Assembly (NCBI GenBank): GCA_012026655.1
Contig: JAAILG010000825.1
Location: forward strand, 1 to 64,000
DNA: 64,000 bases
DNA from: Hydrolagus affinis
Taxonomy: Eukaryota
Direction: 5' to 3'
Below the pieces are notes generated by a model. That model was not told the origin of the DNA. It saw only the letters and a program-made list of their open reading frames with translations, and ran no database searches. Below, in pieces: positions 11,421 through 25,513 of the stretch; within the stretch, counting starts at the first letter, position 1; each line of letters opens with the position of its first letter. The position numbers and the translations under genes are program-made.

Positions 11421-14249
11421 ACAAAACTCAACAAATATTTCCTTTTCTGAGACATTGGATTCCTTATGGTCTTAGCACTGAACTTTGGAAAAACTCAATG
11501 CTTAATTTTAGTCTTAATATATAAGATGTTTCCCAGTCTTCATTTCAAAAGCAGCATGCAAATTAATGCTAAATTTAAGAACTTTCCTAATTTCTGCACA
11601 ATCTGAAACCTGAAGATAACAGTCTTAACGCTAGTACCATTACCAATATCACATGCGAGGACCATTTTTAATTGTATTTTTAGGCCAATAATATCTGTCA
11701 ATTGCTGCCTGATGAAAAGCATCACCAAGGTCTTACAACATCATGAATACCCACTTGAGTGAGTGGTAGGTCATTGTGCAATCATAACTCAGCACTCTCA
11801 GGAAAGAAATTAGTTGGGGGAGAATGTGAAATTTGCTGTTTATAATTTTTTTTTCTATTTTGATTGCTAGGTCCCTTTCTCGCTTAATTCCCATTTTTTT
11901 GCACATACAGTACAATGATCTTGGTGCCATATGATTCCAAAATAGTCTAATAAAGCAAAATGAAGAAGACTGTTATACAGAGTAAGATTTAAACATTAAA
12001 GCCAAACGACACTTCAGTGTAGATCAGAATCATTTTATCCGCAATGCCATGGTGTATAAAATGTTAACCTAGTTGGCTGCAGTACACCATAAAATTCTTT
12101 TTCACAAACATGGAGAGTCAAGCGGGAGGGAGTTAAGTGGTCAATACGCAGCAGACTGGTTTATGGCATTCGGCTAATAAGATGAAAACCTTGTGATTAT
12201 TTCACCATGCGGCATAAAAAGGCCAATTTATTAGAAACATTATAAACTTAATGCTCGTCAACTTGTAATTTTTTTTAAAAAACCCTTGAAGGCAAATGAC
12301 ATTAAGAAGAGTGACGCAAATTCACACAAAAGGAAAGTTTGTGGCGTGATTGAAACTTATGATGCATTTCAGACATGGTTTATTGAGCACACATAATTGC
12401 AAGCAGCATGGTGACTATTTTACTGTGCCTATCGTATGTTTGTTTGAACCCTACAAAAAAATCTCATAAAATAAACTCATGCTTCCGAAGAAATAAAAGT
12501 TAAATATGTATCTCTCACAAACACACTAGCATTTTGTGAGTAAAGAACTAACGTTCATGCTAAGGCTGTTAAGTGTCAGAAGATCTTAGTTTCAATTTCA
12601 GTCTCAAAAAGGTATACCATGTGCAAAAAGTTCCACAATTGAGCATTTCTTCCCTTCATCCAGATTGAAAGCAATGTGGAACAGGAAACATAAAACTGGC
12701 TGTCTCTAACCAACCCGTACCCAACAGTGTGTCAGGACCATGACGTAAACCATACCTAATATTCCTGCAGAAAGTTCAATATAAACCAGTATGAAGAATC
12801 CCAATTAGACAAGACTATTAGTCTTGCCCTCCAGCACAATGGGCAACAACACCAGTATCAATGGCCTTGTGAGAAACTCTTTTAGCCAATGCTATTGCAT
12901 CTATTCCATTGTGAAAGCTGTTGCTGCACAGAAATTACAAAATAATCTTTTCAATGAGGATTTGCTAACAGCGTGCCCCCCACCCCCACCACATCCCACC
13001 CAAGAAAGCTGCAAATCAATGGCAAAAACATTTAGAGCATTTAGCTTCTGACCTACACGCCTTTTGTTTTTTTTATAATTGGGACAATTTTTTAATGCTT
13101 TCTTTGCGAGTCTTTTCCACAAGCAAATCAGTGGCCCAAGGAATTGAAAGGGTCGATGTTGGCCAGTTAATTGCATTTGGTTTCTAATGCGGCTCAAAAA
13201 TGACCTTCATTCAATCCTCTGTGGTGAATATTCCTAAAACTACCAAAAATCTTAACCCTGCCACATACCAGACAATGTTGGCAACTACAGACTTCCCAGA
13301 AAAGTGGAATCATTTACTGTAGTCACTCTAAGGTTGGTTGCTCTAGACTGCTCATTCAAAGCTATAATTACCACAATACAGTCTGTTCTTCAAGTCATAT
13401 GTATCATAAAACTGCACAAAGAGTTGATAGAACGCATAGTCTTTTAATTGATGAAAATTATTTTTTTTAAAATCAGTCAATCATGAAAGGGTATCTGCTA
13501 ATTGTATTAAATTTGAGACAAAAGATATAGGATTCAAACGACGATAAATGCAAGGATCATTTTTTTATTTGGTTATTCTACTGAGTCACACTAGAAAGTC
13601 TGGCCAAGTTCACTCATCTACTATTTGTCCATAATACCTCAGGTGTGGGATTCGGGTCTCTCATGATCCTGGCTGGAAGTACCAGTGTTTGAATATTGGG
13701 TCGAGACAGAACTGGGCTCTGTTGTGAAGTAACTAATTGTTGAAATGGTTGCTATCCAAACACAAAAAAAGGCCCTTAAGCAAGGGAGAAATTGCCAGCT
13801 AGCCCCAGAGAAACATAACCTCTGAATAAGTCACTGCAATCCTGGGAGGAGAAACGTTTTTTAAGCCTTTTCTCTCTTTTGTTACAGGATGTATACCATC
13901 AGTAACATGAAACATGGAGTGTGTCTGGACACTGAAATCTCAAGTCAATGAATCATGCAATGCTCCCAGCAGCATCATTAAACCACTTACCTCAGCATTT
14001 GGGATATTTCTCTCCAAGATGAAAAGGATTAATTTCTGTCCTTTAGCTCAATCTATCCGAACGACCAGCCCAACAACCAGTGCCAGTCCATGATAACCTC
14101 ATGGCCAGGCTATACCACAGATCTCTTTAGATTGGATGATATAACAGGCTCACTTACAAATGCTCTGCCAAATTGTCAGAAGAAACTGAGATGGGTTCCT
14201 GGTTGAGAAACACTGCACCAGCACTGCATTGTTTGAATTAATTCTCTCC

Positions 14250-14640
14250 AATCCCCTTGTCTATCACCTTTCCAGATTCCAGTGGATCAACTTCAAGATC
14301 CTCCCCCTCATTAACAAATCTCTACAATCCTTCACACCTTCCTACCTCCATGATCAACCTCCAAATTCATTCTTCTCCTTCCCCCTTCCTCTTAACAAAC
14401 TCAAGACTGCTGTGGGTTCCTCCACCCTTTCTGCCCCATCATTGGTAATTGAGCCTACACTATTATACCTCCATTCTATGGACCTTCCTGCCCTCCTTCA
14501 ACCCTTTATTTGCCTCATATTTTGTCTTCGAAAAGTCACCTAAAAACCGTGCTCTCTGTCTTTGCCTACTGGTACGCCCTCCTTCACCCAGTCTATGAAG
14601 GACCCCAAAATGTTACTCTGGATGAAATGTACATGCAAGT
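14250..14640 (+). mobile_element. L2 LINE 3' end (old)
   Basis: FQWINFKILPLINKSLQSFTPSYLHD is a degenerate RIxFKILxLxxKxL motif. Confidence 0.65.
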
Positions 14641-15174
14641 GGTTATCAGTGGTATTAGAGCCTGAACTTCAAGGAACTGAAATAGTGGAGTACACTTTCG
14701 TGTCCTTATTTACAAAGTAATATAATTAGTTTGTAATAAACTGACATCTTTTTGACTAACTCTATGGATGCTCTTTGACTGAATATGAAGGTCAGATTTT
14801 TTTTTTACAAAACATCAGTGACTGATCGAAAAAATGTTCAAGTCTTGAACTTTGTAAAGCTGCAAAAATAACTAGTGAACAGTACAGCAATATGACAGGA
14901 AATCCTCTGTTTAACTGAGTATAAAACACCTACTGATTTAATTTAGGGATAAGATTCCTTGTGGAAAAACAGCAGATTCACACCCTGCTATTTCCCCATA
15001 GTCTTTTTATCCTTTCCAGATTGGCAATTTCTTTAGATTTAGAATTGAATATTTTTACATTTTTGCATAAGATTGTAACTTGAGGAAAAGTAAAAAGGTA
15101 TGAGGATAGAGGATGGGAATCTAATTAGGAGAGACAGCACTTGCACGTTTATGTTGAGTCAAATGACTTTTCAC

Positions 15175-15518
15175 TAGCCACGGCCTCACCCCACCCTACA
15201 TCCGTGACCTTCTAAATCCCGTACCAACCTGCCCTCCCACTCCGCTAAGCGAGCTTTGGCCTGCTCCATGTTCCCCGACCCACCCGGGCGAGCCTTTAGT
15301 CACTCTGCCCCCAACCTCTGGAACTCCATCCTCCTCCCTGGCCTCCTTCAAGCCCGCCTCAGGACCTCCTCTTCGATGGTCCCATCGACCTCCAAATTCC
15401 CCCCTTCCCTCCGCACCCCCGACCACAGCTCAGGTCTGAAACAATGACTGTCGAGTGCCTTGGGACGATCTCCTGACGTGAAAGGTGCTATACAAGTGTC
15501 ATTTTGTTGTTGTTGTTG
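15175..15518 (+). mobile_element. L2 LINE 3' end
   Basis: Translates GRAFSHSAPNLWNSI; tail gccttgggacgatctcctgacgtgaaaggtgctatacaag...(ttg)n. Confidence 0.85.
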
Positions 15519-15843
15519 TAAATGTTCCATGATTCTTTGTGCAATGCTTTCTGACTGCTCCTTCTGAGATCCAAACTGTCATTTTCCACAGATCTAATCT
15601 AACCCTTTCTCAATATTTCTTGTTAAATCCACCAATAGGTGGTGTCTGACAGCAAAAATCCACAAGAGTATCCATTAATTGTTATGTGTAAACTATGTGT
15701 AAACACATGGATATATAAATTATATGTGCTTTTAAAAATAAATAATATTTCATTTTGTCCCTAACAACCAGTCCTTGCAATCAATAGTTAATTACAGTTT
15801 AAGCACCGGTAACTCCTCTCCTTCTGTGCACACATGTTTACGC

Positions 15844-16140
15844 ATAATAATCTTTCCATTTGATGTAGCGCTTTTCATGTCTTCTAGACATCTCAAAGCG
15901 CTTCACAGAATATACTGTAAAGTGAAATAACTGTATATTTGTGGGCGAAACACAGCAGCCAACTGCGCATAGCAGTGCCCCACAAACAGTCATGGATTGA
16001 AATGACCAATTAATTATTGGGTTTTTTGAGCGATTATTATTAGGCGTGTGGAGTAAGGAAACTTGCCCATGGTTTCGCTCTGCCTGGAATTAAAGTCTCT
16101 TACTTACAAGGCGAGTGCTCTAACCACTGAGCTACAGGAC
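15844..16140 (-). mobile_element. tRNA-derived SINE, short-core subfamily, near full length
   Basis: Reverse complement of the family consensus, from the tail to ...aaccactgagctacaggac. Confidence 0.9.
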
Positions 16141-19100
16141 ATGACACATAATCCAGTTGTGTTGCAAACAATAAACTCCAACATCTCCCTTTGGGAGCTA
16201 TGCACAGTAGGCATTGCAGACGCTCAAACTGGAAACCTTTGGCATCAAGTCTAAGAGCTGGAACCAGCAAATGTAGAACTGTAGTCACTAATGTTCCCAT
16301 GTTCCATCACTTAATGACATAGTGTTTTAGACCCTTAACAAATTGCCGCATAAAATATATTTTATATTAGCAGCATTTAAGATCTAAAGTTTTCGTGGAG
16401 CAATCTTCCTCAAAATATTATCATTAGTTCACACTTGCATTCAGATTAGCGAACAGTTGCTTTAATCAGAGCAGGGTATGGTAGCTGTTAATACAGTTCG
16501 CTTTAAGCACCTTTTTATCATGTGATTATAATATCAAATCCTTGACAGCACCAGTTGGAATTTTTTTTCCTCCTACACCACCATTAATAACAACACAGAA
16601 TTTTATTTTAAGTAACATTTTAGTTTGAATATGTGTTTGAACATAGTCATCCGCATACAAAAAGCAATTCCCAGCCGAGGTCTGCAAAGATGTCAAGTTA
16701 AAATTACCAATGTGCTACAGGTCCAGCCTAGAACAGCTGTCTTATATCACTGCAGCATATTCAGGACTCTCCACTCCTTTCAATAGCCTTCTGTCTGTCA
16801 AACCCCAAATGGGGACAAAATAATCAGTTCAAACATCTCTGTATAATCTGCTATTAAGGAGCTTTGTGAAGAAAAGCTCTAAAACATGGCTTGTCACAAC
16901 TAGTCGAGATTTCGCTGCAGTTTGGTCCTGATTTGCAGCATCTCGATAAATAGCAGAACTTCCAATCTTCCATAGATGTGAATATGTACTATTGGCAGCA
17001 GTATTTTTAAGGGGAGGGAAAGGTAAGGGATTGCCTTCTCTTTTCAGATCACAATCATTGGATCCACCTTTTCCAGCCTTGGATTAATTTGCCTTTGAAC
17101 AAAAATCCTAATTTAGTTTCTACCACCCATCGGCTCAAAATAGGTCATCCATTTTCATTTGAATGGTGGAAAACTTAGATCTATGTTTCTGAGGAAAAGC
17201 TTGACAGAAGCAGCACGCTTTGATCTTTTTAAGAAAGGTGAGAAGCATGGAGTATGAAATCAAGCTCACTCTCAGTTCTTGATAGCCTCAGTCTGTTCCC
17301 TTGTTAACAAAAGGGAATGTAATTAAAAGAAACCAAATAGCTCCATACAAATGCACCAGTTGTGAATGAAAGGCAACTGAATTGATTAAACTAACAGCAG
17401 CTGCAGATTTCTGAAATGAATTTTTTGAGACTCAAAATAGAGAGTGCTGGGATCACTGAGAAGGGCCGGTGACAATAAAACAGATTTAATTACTTACTCC
17501 TATGGAGAACATACCTAATTGTTAAAATCTTAGCGTAATGTTAAACACAATATGAGCATCCAATTTCTAATGTAGGGTGCATTTGAAGTTGGAACAAATT
17601 ACTTCAGTCCAATTATAAGGGCATTTCTACTGGGTTGAACATGAAGTAGTACAAAGCTGCTTCAAAATATAGTACTTGCCACCTTATCCAACTGACCATT
17701 CTTTCTGCATAGAAAGCTTCTATTTATTTGACCGCGAAGGCCATCACCCAACCAGATCCCAACATTACCTAGAATTAGCACAAGTTCACTTCCAGCAAGA
17801 TCACAGTCTAGTGATTAGAATTAAGCTCACTGTCTTACCGTATTTCCATCTCTGTTACTGCACAGAGCAGTGACTGAAACCACAATCAACATTTAAAGCT
17901 ATACAATATTTGCCCAAGCTTAGCCACAATAGTTTCCTGAAATTTAACTGCTCAATGGCATTAATGCCACGCAAATTTTGTCGCATGGCAGAAAGGACGT
18001 AACCTGAGATGTCATCTTTTGATGTTTTCCAGATGGTCCCACTAAAATATAACCACTTCCGTGAATTACGGTTTACTTACAAGATACTGTCAGTACACAT
18101 ATTAATAAAAATCCTGTGAAGAGCTTTGAAATGTTTCCACAATGTCACAATTTTAATGAAATGGGACTGAACAGGCAGGATAAGGCACGTACATGTTCCA
18201 GAGAGCAAATACAACAACAACAAAATTACATTTGTACAGCGTCTTTCACGTCAGGATGACATACCAAGGCGTTATCAAAGTAGAGAGAAAGGTGAAAAAA
18301 AACACAGAAACAAGTGAGAGGCAAGGAATCACACAAGCACAGCAAGATAGTTAGAGAGAGAAAGATGCACACAAACAACACACACAGACCCATTTTCTAC
18401 ACCGTTTTCACAATGGGGCAGAGTCAAATTAGTCTGGATATTGGCCTTTCTAATGCAGATATTAAACGCGAATCAGAAAATATTACAAACGAATCAATGG
18501 GCCTAATAGGCCATCTCTTTGCAGAAAGCCAGCTAACTGGTCTATAATTTCCACTCATGACTCACTTATTTTTTGACAAGGACAATAGTGTGGCTCCTGT
18601 ATATCTAGAGCAATTAGAAATGTTAAACAAAACTTCCTTTATATCCTCTTCCATTTCCTTGATGATCTGGCCTCTAAAACTCTAAACCATAAAGCAATTT
18701 AACTTTCAAAATGTGGGAACATTCATTTACTGCACTACTGGCAAAAGGAACTTTGCTGGGTTAACTCCCTTCAGCTCAACTCCCATTGATTCGCTCACAA
18801 GGAAACAGCTTTACCTGCTTCCTCTGCTTTTACACTGCATTTCCTGGGGCATGGAAAACAATTCCCATCTGTTCCCAGCTCTGCCAAACAGCAGAAAAGT
18901 GGAAACTACATTAAGACTTAAAATTACCATCAAGATCAAGAGATGGTTATTAGCAGGTTACTCAGTCAGTACACAGATATGTTTTTATAAATACTGGTTG
19001 TTTTTAAAATCAGAATTGGGATGGTTATTATTTGATTTGTTGTTGTATCCCTTGAGGGAAAGCAGCGAGGGTTGAAAACACAGAATTTGTTCTCTTGATT

Positions 19101-20029
19101 TGTAGAAATAGCAACTCCTACCAATTGAGAAATGTTTTGAAAAGCATCATACCAACTCATGGGAAATCCATCCCAGAATTAGGTTGGAATTCAGCTCATT
19201 TGTATTGCTGGATATTCTGTGCTCCACACACTTATTTTAACAATGTAGTTGCTGTTTTCAAATTTTCAAACTATTTGGGAAGTGGGGGCACGGAAAAAAC
19301 GTTTGCTTTTTTGGTTTCACCAAAACACTTTCCCAAATCTTCCCAAATTCAAAAGCATGTTTGTTGGGCACAAAATAACTGGAAGCAGAAGACATTGCTG
19401 TTTTTTGTAATGTGGAACTGAAGTGACATTAAATAGTTCAACTGATGAATTGTGTGGGATCATATCACTGTTCTCTCACAATGTACACAGTCAATCCATT
19501 CTACAGTATATCCTGTGAAGTGCTGTAAGACTTCCCCCTGACGTAAAAGACTTGACAACAACACAAAATTACATTGATATAGCGTCTTTCACGTCGGGAG
19601 GACGTCCCATACCAAATGTAAGGATTATTATTATTATTAGGACTTTCATTTTCTTGCTGAATGCTGTAACAGAATCTAAACCACTTCTGTGTAATACAAT
19701 ACTAAGCTCTTCTATTGTGTTTTTCTGCATTGAATGTAAATTTACTATTAATGGTCTTCGACCGTTTTCTGACCAGTTGGACTCTGACAAGTATAGGAAA
19801 CAATCTGCGAGATTTTTTCATAAATATTCTCATGCAATTTATACTTATCTAAAGACAGCCAACACACTAAAGTGATTAACATCCTGTTCCATTGTTATAT
19901 TGTTTATAATGAAAAATGGATTTGAAAAGATTCAGTATATGTTACACAACTGCATCTGAATGTATCTCACAATTACAAATACAACCCAATTGTGTTAAAA
20001 ACAGTTACGTTAAGAATCTAAAGTAACAA

Positions 20030-20945
20030 ATAACTTCAAGAAAGAGCATTTATATAGCACTCTCCACGCAGGGTGGCGGCCAGAGCATTAACAATCGTGG
20101 AGCATGATGCTGAGTCAGGGGGACCTTGTGGAGTGAGGTATTGTCAGAAACAGGCAACGTGATGGAGGTGGAGGAAAGTGGTCCTGGTCAAGATCCAGAT
20201 GTGGGGGAGGAAGGATGACTGGGGATCGAACCAGACGCCTAAATTGCGCAGAGTTTTAAGGACAGTTCAGGTTGGTTGAGGTGGTTGGAACTGCAGGACT
20301 GAAGACAAGCTGATAGAACATTAGGGGGTGGGGGGGAAGGGGGTTGCAGCTGGAAGTGGAAACATAGAGTTAGATGTCATCCGCATACATGTGGACGTTA
20401 ACCCTATGTCTCCAGATGACATCACCAAGAGGCAGCATCTAGATGAGAAAGAGAAGGAGGCCAAGGATGGATCTTTGGGAGTATCCCACAGGTGACTGGG
20501 CGGGAGCTAGAAGAAAAACCATTTGCAGAAATGTGCTGCTGGCAGTTTGCGAGCTAGGATTCGAACCAAGCAAGTACAGTCCTACTGAGGTGGATGATAG
20601 AGGACAGATGGTGGAGGAGGATGGCGTGATCGACTGTCGAATGCAGCGGAAAGGTCCAGGAGGATGAGGAGGAAGAGATAACACTGGTCACAGATAGAGG
20701 GGATATTGTTTGTGACTTTTACGAGTGCTGTCTCTGTACTGTGGATAGGGCGAAAACCAAACTGGAGGGGTTTGAGTATGGTGTGGAGGGAGACGTGTGC
20801 AAAAATTTGGTTGGTAACATTGCGTTCCAAAGCTTTGGAGAAAGAAGAGAGATGGGAGCAAACAACTATAGAAACTGCGGGGAGGGTGGGTGGGGTGGGG
20901 AGGAGACGGAATGGGGGGAGTGGTAGGGGACACTGGGCAGGAGGC
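20030..20945 (-). mobile_element. L2 LINE fragments including the RT domain
   Basis: Minus strand reads LKPLQFGFRPIHSTETALVKVTNNI...LILLDLSAAFD, with NVHMYADD at about 20377-20400. Frameshifted, with a 3' tail piece at 20030-20110. Confidence 0.9.
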
Positions 20946-21641
20946 TGCCAGGAAAATGTTTTCTATTTTAGAGGTAAGGAAGACCTCTTCACATTCGGCG
21001 AGAAGTTACAGAGATACACCTGCAGAAGCTTAACTATAATCTGTACTTTCTAAATTACAAATACAGTGTTGTTATTGATCGAGATATTGGATTACCTTTA
21101 CCAATACGTTTACTGAAGTTGTCAATAGATTCTACAAAATCTGAATACTTTGGGTGTATTGGGTCCAATATTTATTTTATCCTTTTCTTCCACTAGAGTT
21201 AAGTGAGTCGACAAGCAATCTTTTCTTTGGTGAGATTGCTAAGTGTACAACAATTAGAGGCAAACAATTTTCTTTGCTGTAAGAAGGAATTTCAAGTCTG
21301 CTTAGTCTTCCTCTCAATTTTTTCTTAATTGTTTACAGAAATTATATTGCTCTATTGAGAAGAACAGTTGAAAAGTTATTTTGTTTAACCTTTAGAAATT
21401 TCCAGCTACTGTAGTTTCTAGATTTGGCAAACTGATAGGTGCTTTCTCCTTCTGCTATACAGTACTGAAAAATCTAGTGTGGGGATTAAATCCTGAATCA
21501 GAACTGTCGTGTTACAAGCAAACTACAACAGTAACATAGAAATGTACAATCTCCACATTCTGTGACTCGTCCATCACAGTGATCCTCTTTAATTTTTTTT
21601 ACACGAGTAAGCTTTTTTTTAAACGTTTCCAAAATAAAATA

Positions 21642-21844
21642 CAGTAAAAGCCCGTTTATCTGGCACCTGATCAACCAGAAGTTCTGTATAACCAGCATTG
21701 CAAAAAAAAATCTGCATTCAATTAACCGGAATCTATCCGGAAAAATGCCTAATTTTTTTTTGCCATTTTCAGCCGAATATCTGGCATGCACTTTAACTGG
21801 CATTGGCCAGGTCCCGAGAGTCCCAGATGAACAAGCTTTTACTG
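21642..21844. mobile_element. pogo/Tigger-type MITE (cagtaaaagc family), 203 bp
   Basis: TIRs cagtaaaagcccgtttatctgg and ccagatgaacaagcttttactg, flanked by TA on both sides. Confidence 0.85.
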
Positions 21845-23519
21845 TAGTGACAATTCAGCTGGATTTCTTTCATACCATTGTTCCTTTTATCAGCAGTTTC
21901 ACTTTGGATTTACAACTGCGTCAGAGTGTAAACATGGAAGTTTTCATTTTTCTTGATTTTTAAAACTACTACTTCTTTTAGTTATCATTTTAATTACACT
22001 CGTCCACTACATTGGCCAATATTTAGACCAGATGTATTGAGACTCATCAAATATGGGCCAATATACAATACACAAGGATTAAATGCCATGGCAACCTACA
22101 TTCTGTTTTCCACTCAAACATTTTCAAACAAAATCTCGGGATTTACTACAGGTAAATTGAAAGGATTTGCACTACTCCAGTTAAAGAAACATAATTCTAA
22201 AGTTGTTTTAAACATCATTTCCCTTCTGACAAGAGAGAGACCTCGGTTACTCATTTAATGGTTTCTTCCTAAATAGGCATTTAATTCCCTTCTCTTGGAT
22301 ACCAATCTGTACTATACTTATTATGGTTCAACACTACACACTTGGGACTATTCAAGTGTGTGTAACATATAAGCAGTAGTCATAACGTTCTAATGATGTT
22401 CCTGATTAGTTTGATCAAACAAAGCAGAAATAATTAGCAATCCTCTAAAAATGTCAATGCTGCATCTTTCCATGCTGTCCTTTCTTTGAGAATAACCGCT
22501 CTCAGTGCCCTTTGTGGTGCACTATTGAACCACGACTTGAACTTCACTGTGTCTTGTCTTGTACGTACACCACAGCACTCCAAATGGTTTTGTTCAGGAG
22601 AAAAATGGGCTGTCTCAGGGTGCCATTCTATGTGGTTGGTTCAACCTAAATCTTTTGCAAACATATTCAGACTCACTTCTGTGACTGGGGGTGGAGGGTT
22701 TTCAAGGAGTGTCTAGGCTTCAAAGCTTTTGTCTTAGCTTCTTATTGGGCTGCGGTGAAATTTGAGCGAACCTCCCTTTCAGTGGGACCTTTGGATCAAT
22801 GAGTCAAAAAGGCTATAGAGGGCAGCAAAGACAGTAATTAACGAGAAGGAGACACGCAGAAGCTCTGCACCTACCTGAAGAAGAACATGTACAAGGATGC
22901 TGTGAAGCAAAACAACAGGACCTGCATAAAAGCAAACACATAAAAAAATTACTTGAGTGCGAAAATACTTTATCAATCTGCCTCCTCCACCCATAAATCA
23001 ACATTTTTGGGGGGGCGCGGAGATCGGAGAAAAACTATTTCAGTTTCTCAGCACAGTAGGTCTAACCTTTTGTTTTGGTCAGCCAGGTGTCTTGACATGT
23101 GGAAACTCATCACCAGGCTAATGGGTTTCCGCACAGTATTGTGGAGAGACTTTAAATTTGTCTCCCCCCTTCTCCCTTAAATAGACAATGTAATTAAATA
23201 TTCCAGCAGGTTCTTTCTGTTGGAAAAGTCGTACACTATTTATGTGGAAAATAGGTCGACAGGATCCGGCTTTAAATGGCAAGAAACTAATTTCCACACA
23301 ACGCAAACATGAGAAAGTCTGGCAGTGCTGTTAATCCACTTTTGAAAAACATCTCACAATGAACAAACTCAATCTCATGTGACCATTTGCTTTAATTTCC
23401 TCATTTGATGGAATAAATAGTTTAGTTGATAATCTCACTCTGAGTGAAAGGGTCTCCATTGTAAATAAACTGTATACAAACTATAAAAACCTAACACATA
23501 TAAATAGAGCTAATGAGTT

Positions 23520-23627
23520 CCATCCACAAAATACACAATGAGTTCACTTTACAGTACATTGTGTGAAGCACTTTGAGAAGTTTGGAAGGTGTGAAAAGGC
23601 ACTATATCAAATGCAATGATTATTATT
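23520..23627 (+). mobile_element. tRNA-SINE 3' tail fragment
   Basis: cacaaaatacac...ttcactttacagtac...gtgaagcactttgag...ctatatcaaatgcaatgattattatt. Confidence 0.75.
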
Positions 23628-24518
23628 GTTAAAACAACACATGGAAAAAAAGGTAAGCAATTGCGGGTTAGCATACAGTACTTGAAATTAGATATACAGT
23701 AGTACAGTAACTCCATGTGTTCCAATTTAGCAACAAGAACTGAGAAATCCAGTTTGAATCTGAGTTTTGGCTAATATTTGGACTAGTGTATCTACCCAGA
23801 TGGTCAAGTGATGATGTCTGAGGTCAAAAGAAAATTGATCCACGTTTTACTCCACTGGCCTTACTAGTAAATGGCTACTACGTGACTTTGTGGCAGATTA
23901 TCAGGGTGTCCGGCTCAGAGGACTATGAACTGGGAAGGTTTTATTTACAAAAAACAATCTGATTAGACTTAATCCTTTGAGAATGCAACGGCCATAATTG
24001 AACCACATCCAAAAACAACAAGGTTAGTCAATCTTAGTAAAAATGCAGACATGTTCTAGGTTAGGATATTAGTCTTTACCTAGAATGTTTTGGTGTAATA
24101 CTTTTATCGTCCTAAAATTTCATCAAACCCTAGACAACAGTATTTACCGAAAGTCTAAACAAATCATTCAGAAACAGTTCAATTGAGTTGAAAAGGAAAC
24201 ATACAATACAACCCGTAATTACAAACGCAAACATCTATGTTTACAGCCTTTTTGAAAAAATGGCAGCGTTTACAATTTTTTTGCTCAACCAATATGTTAG
24301 CACATAGTAAACAGTCATTATGTTGCTGTACTGCCTTTTTAGTACTACTGTATTTATGGTCCAATCCATTTACACCTATACTTGAAATGATTTTGGCATG
24401 TTGACTATGAAGCATATTTCATTCAATTATATCCCCTTTACACGACCAGTCTGTCCCCAGAAGTCAGACTGTTTCCAAGGTCAAACAGTAGACAATATCT
24501 AATTTTCCTGATTCTAGC

Positions 24519-24548
24519 CAACAACAACAACAACAACAACAACAACAA
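24519..24548 (+). repeat. (CAA)10 microsatellite
   Basis: Directly visible. Same unit as the L2 terminal repeat. Confidence 0.9.
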
Positions 24549-25344
24549 GCCATAAGTCTTGCAAGACCCTCTGCGTCAACCTCATAGTCATAGTCCCCAC
24601 CAAAAAATAATGGCATATTGGGAACCAAGCATATTTTGAAAACATTTGGATATGTTGGCAGCCTTTTCAAGATGTTCACATTTGAAGATGTAATTTGCCT
24701 CCAGGAAGTCTCTGGAGGTTTAGCAACAATGGAAAAGTACCAGTTCCAAATTAGCAACAGTATTTTGAACTCTTCAAATGCCAAGATCCACAATGTAAAG
24801 GTGTTCTTTAAACTGCTGCACAATTCAGATTTTTACAGCAAAAAAAAGGCACTGGCCTTAAGTTACTGTACAAATTTATTATCAATAGATTCAGTTCATC
24901 ACACATGAAACACACAGTCATTACACTTTCTTGTAAATACTGTGAAGCCATTTGCAATGACATGAAAGGTAGAATAACACATGCAAAAATGTCGTCACAA
25001 TATAAACGGGGGAATATTCAATACCAATATAGCAGGAGTATTAGTAGTGGGGGAATAGTTATTCTCCAAATTGCACCACATTATGGAATCTTTACCAGAG
25101 AATCAAGGTACAGACACATTTACAAGGTAAAACACATTCCTGCTTCATAAGTGCACATTTCACTTCCCTGTTCATTTCTTGAACAAGGGATGAGATTTTC
25201 AATGTAGAAATTAGCTTCAAATGCATTTTGGGCATCCACAAAGTAGATTACTTCCCATCTGCAAAATCTGTCCAATTCTCTAATCTTCTGGCTCTGACAG
25301 ATTGCAGATTTCAGAATGAGAGCAACCAAATCATTTGTTGCAGC

Positions 25345-25513
25345 CCATCTCCTCCGAAAGATGGCAACTCCAACAATGCCGTGCCGCCACCCCAAAGCTA
25401 CAATGATATGTCAGTGTAGAGTCTGACTATGAGTGCGATGTCCCAATGTGTGGTTCGAACCCACGACCTTCTGGTCCAGAGGTGAGAATGCTACCGGCTG
25501 TGCCAAACTGACA
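25345..25513 (-). mobile_element. Deu-domain SINE 5' portion (tRNA head plus start of the Deu domain)
   Basis: Minus strand reads tgtcagtttggcacagccggtagcattctcacctctggaccagaaggtcgtgggttcgaacc...ggcattgttggagttgccatctttcggaggaga: A/B boxes plus a match to the remembered Deu motif gtcggaggtgccgtctttcggatgaga. Confidence 0.75.

Noticed and set aside
24464-24823. ORF with a poly-Cys run
   Set aside because: The poly-Cys run is the reverse strand of a (CAA)10 microsatellite; no domain recognised.
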